Below are positions 53,950 to 64,000 of a stretch of 64,000 bases of DNA, piece after piece. Below the pieces are notes generated by a model. It did not search any database. It saw only the letters and a program-made list of their open reading frames with translations, and was not told the origin of the DNA. The stretch's first letter is position 1, and each line of letters begins with the position of its first letter. The position numbers and the translations under genes are program-made. The DNA is taken from NCBI RefSeq assembly GCF_009914755.1, contig NC_060933.1; one strand, given 5' to 3'. The stretch comes from the human T2T-CHM13v2.0 reference genome, Homo sapiens.

Positions 53950-55170
53950 CAAACCATCTCTACTCTCCTGAGCCCATCACCTCCCTTACTCTTAAGAAAT
54001 GTCCTTGCTTTGAATTTAGACAGAGAAAATAAAAAAACATTTTCAGCACCTACACTGGCCCAAACAAACTTATTGGCATCTACATTCATCCTTTCTCCCT
54101 TCCCTTCTGCTAAATCGGGTAAAGTATTTCCCTGGGAAATACTTCCCTCGGGCTCCTTCAGGCTTTAAATACCTTCAAACTTCTCCCACGTTAAAAAAAA
54201 AACTAAATATTCACTGAATCCTTACCTGCGGTTGTATCTTATCCTCCACCTTCACAGCCAAACTTCTTAAAAGAATTGGCTGAACTCACTGTTTCCTCTT
54301 TTTACCTCCCATTCCCTCTCTATCTTATTGATGTTTGGTTTACATCCCTGCCTCTAATCTGACACTCCCCTGATAAAAGTTACTGATGATCTCCCTGTTG
54401 CAAATGCCAAGGGCATTTTCTTTCTTTCTTTCTATTATTATTATTATTTTTATGAGACAGTCTCCGTCTGTCGCCCAGGCTGGAGTGCAGTGGCACAATC
54501 TCGGCTCACTGATACCTCCACCTCCTGGGTTCAAGCGATTCTTGTGCCTCAGCCTCCCAAGTAGCTGAGATTACAGGTATGTGCCATCACGTCCAGCTAA
54601 TTTTTTTGAATTTTTACTAGAGATGGGGTTTCTCCATGTTGCCTAGACTGGTCTCGAACTCCTGGCCTCAAGTGATCCACCAGCCTTGGCCTCCCAAAAT
54701 GCTGGGATTACCTGTGTGAGCCACCTGCAGCTGGTCAGCCAAGAGAATTTTCTAGTTCTTATCTCATTTGGCCTCTTGAAAGCATTTGATTCTGTTGATT
54801 ACTCTTTTTGAGAAGTTCTCTTCCCCCGGGTCATGCAAAACACCACCCATCCTGGTTTTCTTCTGCTGCTTCTTGGGATGCTTTCTCTATGTCTCCTTAT
54901 GGGCTCCCTTCTTCTGCTAATCAGTAAATGTTAGTGTTTCTCAGGCATCTGTTCTGGGCTAGCTTTTATTCTACTTTACACACAGATCCCTGGATATATC
55001 ATTCACTGCCATTGTATTTATGCAGATGTAATGCATACTCACATGATATCCAAATATATATTTCTAGGCTACTCTTCTCTCTAGAGTACAGATTTAACTA
55101 GCTCCTCGACATCTTCTCTTAGATATTCTAGAGGCACCTAGAACACTGTGTAAAATTAGATGCGAGTCCT
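53950..55170 (+). mobile_element. L2 fragment split by an Alu
   Basis: 'cacagccaaacttcttaaaaga', 'gttcttatctcatttggcctc...gcatttga'. Confidence 0.7.
54421..54736 (-). mobile_element. Alu (Sz/Jb-like), full length
   Basis: Dimeric Alu. TSD gccaag(g/a)g(c/a)attttct at 54406-54421 and 54738-54753. Confidence 0.95.
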
Positions 55171-58100
55171 GTCACTTATTATCCTTGTGCCTTGCTTTTG
55201 CTTCACTGGTAAAGTGAAGGTCATAATGATTCAGGATTTTAATGAGGTCAAATGGGTCAATATATGGGAATGTGCCGTGTGTACTGTAAAGTGCTATATG
55301 CATGTGAAGGATGACAATTACCTTATAACAACCAACAAGGCTTCACTGAATACTTACAGTGTGTCCATCGTGGTTCTGAATGTCGGACTCATTCAGAATA
55401 GACTAGAACGAGCCATGCCTCCTGTCCTGAGGACCTTACAGATTAATTGGGAAGGGGCAAATGAAATAATGAAGCACTAAACTGTGATGTAAGCAACACA
55501 GCTTGCAAGAATAGAAAGGCCAATGGTGTTTCCAGTGGAAATCAAGGGCAGTTTCCTATTTTCTTCCAGCCCCTCTCACCCTCTTTTGAAAGTCATTACC
55601 CGGCCCATAGCCTGGAAGATGCAGCTCAAGTTACACATGACACCTGCAGCTACAGCCATTTGGACTGGTATCTGTGTGACCTACACTAAGCCAACTAGGA
55701 TGTCTCTCACAGGGATATGTTATTCAGGCAGTGTTGAAAAATGGTAATGTAGAGATGACACCAGATTTAATGCCATGGGGACAAATAAGTAAAGATTCTG
55801 AGAACCAGAATCAAAAATCTGGCAGTGCAAGCCTATCCATTGAATTGAGAATGGAGCAGATAAGTGGGGAAAAGTGGAGCTAAGAGACCCTGTGGTCCCA
55901 GGAAGAGCAATGCAGAATAGAAGCTGTAAGGTAGTTGCCCAGTTCACTTGAAACCTGTCTGGGTTTCTCACAATCATGTTAACTTTTCCTCAAAGTCCTA
56001 CGTTAATTCTAGTGTCACATGGCACCATAGCACATTTATGCTTAGTTTTCAAATAATAGATATTTTAAAGTAATAAAGATATTTAATAATAATATTATAC
56101 TCTTTAGTCATGTACCTGTATAGATTTAAATTGCAATTTGATTCAAGCTTACAAGATTATATGGGGATTTGATTTTTTTAACCTCTGGTTTGTAATAGAA
56201 ATTACTTTCCTTCATGCATCCGTTGCAAATTAATTGCGTTAATAATAATAACCACACTATTGTCTTATTGTATAGTGATTTACAATTAATAAAGGGATTT
56301 AACATACATTATCTCATTTGAGCCTCACAGTGACTCTGTGTGACTCAGAGAGGGTAAGTAAATTATTTAGTTACACAGCAGGATTGGGACATAAATTGAG
56401 TCCTCCTCACTCTTAATCCAGTCCCAAGGCAGATTAAAACTACAAAAGTTCAATCAGTGCATTCTCCAACCCACGCCTGAGTTAGGTATGTGTGAAGCTA
56501 TCTTTTGGAATATGACAAAGATGCTGAAGTCATTGCTGATCTTTTGAATTCACATCCCCAAAGTCCCAACAGAGGAGAAAGCTCAAATTCAGCTAAGTTC
56601 ACCAACATTCTCTGATTTCTTATTATATTCTAGCTCTGAGCTAGACTCAGGGTTTTTGTGAATGAACTTGCTGAGTCTGAAACATCTGTATTAGAACAGG
56701 TAGACACTCAAGTCTGACCTTTTAAAACATCAAGTTTAACCTTCAAGAGGTCTTCTTTACAGCAATAGAGACTGTGTTACCCAGGAACAGTGGTTGGCTG
56801 TTTTGTGGGAAACTTCCCCATCTGTTCAGCTCTGACATCTGGCTCCCAGGACACCTGATAGAGAGGATGTCAAAAGCAAAGAGCATGGTAGCTCAAGGCT
56901 TCTGATACTGAGATTAGAAACTTTCACATAATCTCATAAAACTTGAAAAATCTGCTAGATCATTCCCGGGACAATCATGCTCTCTCCCATATATTTTGAG
57001 AGGAGGGAAAAGTCCAGTTTGGTCACCATTTCCAAAGAGTGGGTGGAGAGAATGCTTCCAAATATTCCCACTCTCAAGAGAGCAGAACATTTCCTGGGAA
57101 GAAATAATAGGTGATCTGATCTCTTTGCAGTATACTCTGAGAATGGGCTGGGGCTAATGGAATGCCTGCCAGTCTGTCCCCACCCTCCAATTGCTCTGCC
57201 TCTCACGGCAGGTCCCTCTGGTCCTCCTCCCTCACAAATGCAGAGAATGATGGCAGGTTCCACAAACACAAAAGGATGCAGTGTGGTGGTTAAAATGGAC
57301 AAGAAGACGCTAAACCACTAATCATACTCCACTAGCATTCCCACCCCTCCCCAAGTGCCCCAAGATACAAAGGGAAACATTTAGACATTAAGTACAGATT
57401 AAAGAAAGCCAAAAAAGGCCACCAATGCTTAGACCCAAAGACATGACAGATCATTTGCTTCCCGTTTAAGTTGGTCTTAGGTACAATAGCTGAGATTCCT
57501 TGATTTCTGTGAAATGGAAAGAGGAACTGTCAGGTTTGGGAATTGCCCTTCAAGGCTTCTTTGTGTGTGAAAATCACAGAGCCGACCCCTAGAATGTAGA
57601 GAGGCCCACCATGTGGGACTGTTTCCTCTGGAGAAATTCCAAGCTTCCTCTTCCTGGGGCCTCCAGCCAAGGATGAGCTTCTTACCAATATCTGCTCTTG
57701 CAGAGTCCCAGGGCTCAAGAGAGCAGCATTTTGGTAGAGCTGGGGGAGGATGGAGTGCCTGCTACTGTGCTATATTCTTTCTTAAAGCAGATATCAGTCA
57801 GCTTCGCTTAAAGAGAATGTCAAATCCTATCCCTTTCTGAGTTAAGCTTCCTGGGAAGCGCTTTCAGGACTACACAGGGTATGTAATTCCAAGTGATCTT
57901 TAATCTAATTTAATTGACTCTGAGAGAACCCCTCATTTCTCCTTGGAGGGCCAAAATATTGATGGGACATTTTCAGCCCCAAAGAATTGGAAGCCAGTGA
58001 CCCCTCCATCAATAGGGGTCATTAGACCACAAGAACCTGTTGCTGCCCTGAGAAGGACAAGGTGAAGGGGGGTGGGCCAGCCCAAACCCAGAAAGAGGAA

Positions 58101-58589
58101 CCAAGATCACAGAAAGAGACAAGTATGAGCCATCCTTTAAGAGACACTGGGCATATAGGAGGGGCATTCAGTGTGGTGGTCAAGGCTGCAGGTGCAGAAG
58201 GAAAGAATAAATCTTCCAAAGGACCTACCAGTTTGCACCATTTTATACCAAAAAAAAAAAAGTAACCTGGAAAATTCATCTTGCATCCAGTGTTATCCAA
58301 AGTGAATCCCATTTTTCTCTGTGGCTTCTCTTGCTCTTTCTAAAATGCATTAATTCAACTATGTTTTAATGAAAGAGTGGAACATGCACATCTTGAGTAA
58401 ACTGACAGTTACAACTCAAAATGATGAGTAAACACTGGGGACATCTATTCCATCTGGCCTGGGAGTTTGGGGGATGAGAATGCTTTCTCTGGGGGCCAGT
58501 GCAGCACAGGAGTCCCAGAAGAGACCACAGCCAAGGACCATAGTGTGCATGAGAGATTTCATTTAGATCATTAGGGGAATTAGAAACTA

Positions 58590-58820
58590 ACCCTTATATA
58601 GTCTTCAAGTGTCAGGCACTGTTCTAAGCTCCTAGTATGTACTAAGTCATTTAATCCTCACAGTAACCCAATGAGGTATAGAATTATTTTCCTCCCTTTA
58701 TAGCTGAAGAAACGAAGGCTCAGAGATGTTGCATAGTTTGTCCGAAACCATGAGAACAGATGCCTCCGACTCTCACCCAGGCTGCCTACTCTGCTGATCA
58801 GGTTCTTAGATCCTCCTCTC
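58590..58820 (-). mobile_element. MIR
   Basis: 'gtcaggcactgttctaagc...tcatttaatcctcacagtaacccaatgaggta'. Confidence 0.8.
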
Positions 58821-59245
58821 CATGACCTGTACTATAATAAGGAAAAACTCAGACAATTGGAGCCAGAAAGCAAGGTGGGAAGCAGAGAATGAGCAATGAA
58901 GAGTAAAAGAGGAGCAGGGACTTTGAATATCATGCTAAGTTCTCATTTCTTTTACTGGGGTGCAGAGATTGCTAAGGTTCTATGATGAAAGGTCAGGGGA
59001 CATGTTAAGCCAAAATACATCATTTTAAAATTTAAAAACTTACATAAAAAATGTCTTAAGTGTGTATTCAAATTATTGTGATATACCCCCCAAAAGTAAC
59101 AACAACCAACTACTTGATCTTACAAAAGCACAGGGTTTAAAAAACAAAGTCATCTTAATTTTATTTCCTATCGGTAAATTTCCTGATAATGCAAAAGTAT
59201 AAACAATTCTTCTGTGTGAATATGTGTATGTTATTTGGGGACTTG

Positions 59246-59385
59246 TTTTTTAAATTTTTATGGGTACAGAGTAGTTGTATATATTTATGGGGTACATGAG
59301 ATGTTTTGGTACATACTTACAATATGAAATAAGCACATCATGGAGAATGGGGTATCCTTCGAGTTACAAACCATTCAGTTGCACA
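59246..59385 (-). mobile_element. L1MA 3' end fragment
   Basis: 'tttttatgggtacagagtagttgtatatatttatggggtacatgagatgttttg'. Confidence 0.8.
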
Positions 59386-60802
59386 GTTAAAGTATAACAA
59401 CCTTGAATTTGAAAGTATTTATCAGTGGTTAAAAACCAGAAGTTTTCAGCATAAACTTGAAAGTAGTAAAAATCTGCAAAATGTGCAAAATTCAGCTTAA
59501 CTTAAAATCACTGGCCACTATGAGAGCCATGGCCTTGACCCAAGATTCCTCATAATTAACCACAACTAGTGGATCAATAGATTATTTCAGAAACTAGCTG
59601 TAAAAGCTTATGCTTAAATAGTTCTTAAAATATAAGCCTTATTGTTGTATAATATTTTGCTTCCACAGGGCCTAAACATTGTTATCTCTTGTGGAAGGAG
59701 ATTTTGAATCATAAATCTATAGACACATAGTTTTGGCATTCATTAATTTTAATTCCTGCAAATTTTGTAGAACAATGATCCAAACTTTTTGAACCCAAAA
59801 ACATAATTTAGATGGGATCAATATGATTTTTAAAAAGTGAAACAAACAAAACACTTCTTCTGAGTTCAATATCAGAATCATCTTTAAAGGTGAAATATAA
59901 GTAATGGGGAAAAAATAAAGATACAACCAAACCTAGTTGAGGTCAAAAAAAGGCAGCCATGCTGAAAAAGCATGCCATTCTTGAGTGACATGATCACATC
60001 TTGCTTTTTAATATGGTTAGAAGTGCATTCTTGAATAACTGGTTGAAAAACTAAAGTTAATCTGATTCTTTAAAGTCTATATAAAACACTATTGCCAATC
60101 GTGGTTATTTCATTTGTCATTCCTATAGTATTTTCAAATTCAGAGTACTTGGGTTAAAATGTTTATTTGTAAAGTAGCAAAATAATAGAAGTATTTTCAA
60201 AATGATATGTAATTTTAACTAAGCTTATATATGTGTAAAAATAATATATACATAGATAAACACATAAGATTTGTGTGCTCGGAAGTGAAAATAGCTCACA
60301 TTAAGACTACTATGCATCCTTGAATATGTCAGTCACCTTTGCATTATTCTCTGAGAATGCATCACCCCAAAAATATATCTCTTGAATTTCTTGGTATGTT
60401 CAATATGGCAGAAAACTGAGAAATCATGTTTATTAAATAGTGGTAGAGAGATTATTTTACAATAAAGCTTAAATAAAATAAGATGTGACTTTGAAAACTT
60501 ACTCTACTCTGCAAAGAGTGTATTGGTTTAACAAGAGAAATAATCAGGTTGTGATTTTTTCATGAAGGGCTAAACAGCCCTTTTTATCTTAGAAGGGAAA
60601 AAAAAAACAGAACAAAGAATGGGAACCTGGATAAAGAGAAGGATTTAATTGTTCACCTCAATGATTAAAAAGTGACACACAAATTTTGGTTTTTTAGAGA
60701 TATTTCAAACCTTTCCATGACCAAATGAAAGACAAACCAATTGTTTTTATTGCAACAAAGTAAAGTTTGAGAATTGAATGATGAATAATGGGACTTTACT
60801 GA

Positions 60803-61088
60803 CTTTACTATGCTTAGAACCCAATTCCTATTTCATAGATAGATGTTTATTAAATAAAGAAAACACATTATAACTTCCACCTTCTAAATAGCTGATTACC
60901 TGGAAATAGACCTAGATTGTCACGTTCCTATCTGGTGACTTTATCTTCTCGCCTCAGCTGAATGCAGGTAGAAGTGTCTTGCCAATTAAGATCCCTTCAA
61001 ATAGAAATTTTGAATTAGAGTCTTGAAACACTGAATCAATTAATTATGAGTAGCTTAGACATCCAGTTATAAACAGCCAGGTTAGTAG
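60803..61088. repeat. Left arm of 286-bp inverted duplication
   Basis: Reverse complement of 61803-62088 with 9 substitutions and no indels (hand alignment). Confidence 0.98.
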
Positions 61089-61107
61089 TTTAACAAGAGA
61101 AATAATA

Positions 61108-61253
61108 CAGCGAGACTGTATACTTTATCATCCAAATCAGTAATTAAAGTGTGTCCTATTATTTGGCAAATAAAGTTTGCCCTATTTATTAATATACCAG
61201 CATAATGTGATAAACTGGGAGTGTCAAGATACTCGAATAAATGTGGTCGCCAC
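61108..61253. mobile_element. MER81-like (hAT-Blackjack) MITE, degraded, in the inverted-repeat spacer
   Basis: 'tttatcatccaaa...tattaat...taaactgggagtgtc...tgtggtcgccac' resembles the MER81 consensus. Confidence 0.55.
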
Positions 61254-61802
61254 ATATTTATTGGTGGAATAAGATGGGCCCTACTTCCTCAGATACCCGC
61301 CCACCTAAAAAAAACAAAAAGAATAAAAAAGAAAATTTAATGTGGCATTTTTTCTCTGAAATAGTGAAAGAGGTTGACAAGTGAACTATGGACAATTAAT
61401 ACCATCTATACCATAAGAGTCTTGAGATTGAGATGGGCCCCTTCCATTTCTGATGTTGTACCCCATGGCTGTATGTGTTTATCTGCTTGCCTCCTTGTGA
61501 GTATTTCTCTGGAAGAGTTCAAAAATAATTATGTAGGAATGGGAAACACTGAAGAATAGAGCAGGGAGAGGCCTTACAAAACTGGATTCTAGATGGATTC
61601 CTCACTGTAGCTGCAGAGAAGCTGACGAAGAGAGGTGGGATGAAAATAAAGAGGGGGATTCAAAACTGATGTAGTCAGTTGCCCAAGTGAGAAATAATGA
61701 GAGCTGGAGCTATGGCCTTGACTCTCAGTTGAGAACATATTAAAGAGATGAGAAGCTTTACCACTTCAGGTCATAAGCAGCTTTGGTCAACCATGGAGAC
61801 TC

Positions 61803-62088
61803 CTACTAACCTGGCTGTTTATAACTGGATGTCTAAGCTACTCATAATTAATTGATTCAGTGTTTCAAGAGTCTAATTCAAAATTTCTATTTGAAGGGAT
61901 CTGAATTGGCAAGACACTTCTACCTGCATGCAGCTGAGGCCAGAAGATAAAGTCACCACATAGGAACATGACAATCTAGGTCTATTTCCAGGTAATCAGG
62001 TATTCAGAAGATGGAAGTTATAATGTGTTTTCTTTATTTAATAAACATCTATCTATGAAATAGGAATTGGGTTCTAAGCATAGTAAAG
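61803..62088. repeat. Right arm of 286-bp inverted duplication
   Basis: Reverse complement of 60803-61088, 96.9% identical. Confidence 0.98.
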
Positions 62089-62539
62089 GATAAAGAAAAA
62101 ATAAATGGAAGGAAATTAACACTTATTAAAAGGTGGCAATGTGTTCCACACACTTATTCTTCATGATACTTCCTTGTGGTAACTGCTGTTCCTGCTTTAT
62201 AGATGGAGTGAGGTAAATTTCCCATGGTCACATGGCTGTTAACACGGGACTCCGAATTCAAGACAGACACATTCTGCCTCTAAACCACAGGTTTCTCCAG
62301 CCTCTGCCCAGTGTGGCTTGAGCTGGCATGAGAGGGAGAATGGCCTTTAGGACCTCCCCACTTGGAATAACAATTCACTTCCTGGCGAGAAAACAGGAAG
62401 CCCCCAATATGGTCCCTTCCTGACTATCCTCTCTCTGAAACAAGTAGGTCTTCCTCAAATTCTTTTCATGATTAAATTTTATCCCTAAAGGCCCCAAATG
62501 AGGTCACTTATATCTGTGAGTTCCAGTTCTACTTCACCT

Positions 62540-62880
62540 ATTTAATTAACAAATTTTAACCCAGTGCCTTCCCTGTGCCAAGCTTGAGACCACACCACCA
62601 GATATTTAAAGGCTGACCTTGCCTTTAAGGAGCTCTCAGCCTGGCAGAAGAAATGGGACATGAGCATAGATCATCAAAATGCAAGGCAAACACAGATGAG
62701 TAATTGCAGTGATGTGAAAATTTTAGGAGAGATCATCCAGGTAAAACTTCCAGACAAGAAGACATTTGGAATGGCCTAGAAAGAGACATTGAAGTTCCAT
62801 ATGTGGCATTGGCATAAAACATCTCAGGTTGGGGAAAGGTATAAGCAGAGGCCTGGAGGCTGATACTGAGGAGCCTGCAA
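62540..62880 (-). mobile_element. L2 fragment
   Basis: 'ccttgcctttaaggagctctcagcctgg' and neighbouring antisense L2 3' motifs. Confidence 0.55.
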
Positions 62881-63559
62881 GAACAGCAGGAAGGAGTGCA
62901 GTGAGGATGAAGCTCATGTGGATGCAGTGAGGAGTGGGTACTGGATGTCTTTGCCCACTCTGACACTGACATTCAAGAGTTTGATTGGATTCCTGGTTAT
63001 TCTCAGGAGGGGCTGCAGCAATCTTTGAGGCTGGTGCAAGGCTGAGCACTTCTATCTTTGTGCAGTCTTTCTCCTTTTGATCAGTCCCTGGACATATGAA
63101 ATCCACCTCCTCTCCTCATACTCAAGTATCAAACCTCATACTTGTATTCAAAATGGTGTCAAAAAAAGGAGAAGAAAAGGGCAATTGATTTGAATGTTTC
63201 AGTCATTTCCTTGGGAACACACTGAGCTTTTACTCTGGGGTGACTGTGAAAAAGACTCTGCCTGTGATTAGATCTGTCAGGCAGTGGCTGTGTTACACCA
63301 GATACCTGGGGAAATAAAACCACGGGCAATTGCCAATGTCTGCATGCCCAGAGAGCTGTCTGCCGTGCAGTACAATAACGGGCAAGTTTGTGTGCATGCG
63401 TATAGGAACCATTTGGCCAGGACTTGGCAGGGGGATTCTAGATTTGAATCAGGGTGGGAAAGATGATCTCTAAGGCTCCAACTCAAATCTCGGATTGCAT
63501 GACTCTGTATATGCAGCCAGAGGCACACAATGAAAAGATGGCTAAGGGTATGTAGAGTG

Positions 63560-64000
63560 AACAGGTAGGTCCCCACTTTACTTCCCATCTTATCTGTATC
63601 CATTTCAAATACCATGCAGCTACCAGAGTGCCATTTCTACAAAATAAATGCAACCATGTCATCCTCCCTTTCCTGCTTAGAAACCTCAATGTTTCCAATT
63701 ATCTAGAGGATAAAGTCCAAACCACTCAAGACTTACCATGACCTAGCCTCAGACTAATTTTCCAGCTTCATCTCTCATCAGTCCCCACTTTACCGTTTAC
63801 ACTCCAGCAACAGTGGCTTTGCAGGTCCTGCACTCACTTCCTGCTTATATTGCTTTCCTCTTGCCCCCCACCCCCCCGCCTCTCTCTCACACACACACAC
63901 ACACATCTAAAATGTCTGTCTCAATCTTGCCTCCCAGTTAATATTACCCCATTTTTCTCAAGACTCAGTTCTTACCTCTTTTAGAAACCTTCCCTGATCA
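63560..64000 (+). mobile_element. L2 fragment with (CA)n at about 63887-63905
   Basis: 'ccagagtg...atgtcatcctccc..ctgcttagaaacctcaatg...aggataaagtccaaa'. Confidence 0.75.

Noticed and set aside
60803-61803. Arm starts lie exactly 1000 bp apart
   Set aside because: No biological meaning can be assigned, so I treat it as coincidence. With the transversion excess it does warrant confirming the structure in independent assemblies or reads. The junction 19-mer argues for a natural event.
60803-62088. Interpreting the 286-bp arms as terminal inverted repeats of a DNA transposon
   Set aside because: No TSD outside the arms, no transposase ORF in the spacer, and 97% identity is too high for the known extinct primate DNA transposons.
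62723-63106. 127-aa minus-strand ORF with a hydrophilic N-terminal half
   Set aside because: No recognisable domain, non-ATG start, no convincing splice sites, and the C-terminal half runs into L2.

Overview
AT-rich primate (almost certainly human) intergenic or deep-intronic DNA. I see no credible protein-coding exon, CpG island, tRNA or rRNA gene. Recognisable ORFs in the supplied track are decayed L1, Alu or MaLR reading frames; the rest look like chance ORFs. About half the window is interspersed repeat: old L1M, L2 and MIR; MaLR/ERVL LTRs (THE1, MST, MLT1, MLT2, LTR33); DNA transposons (Tigger3, MER5, MER81); and Alu J/S/Y and L1PA 3' ends, several with intact target-site duplications (TSDs). 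The outstanding structure is a 286-bp inverted duplication (60803-61088 / 61803-62088; 277/286 identical, no indels, 714-bp spacer). Its left copy is bounded by a 19-bp direct repeat of upstream sequence and a 9-bp tandem repeat, a replication template-switch signature. It could act as a dsRNA hairpin or an inversion substrate. Other notable items: a perfect 27-bp-stem hairpin built inside an old L1, an AluY with three deletions in its right arm, many short local tandem duplications, and an E-box-dense stretch of unique sequence that may be an enhancer. Repeat families were recognised by eye, so subfamily calls and old-repeat boundaries are approximate.
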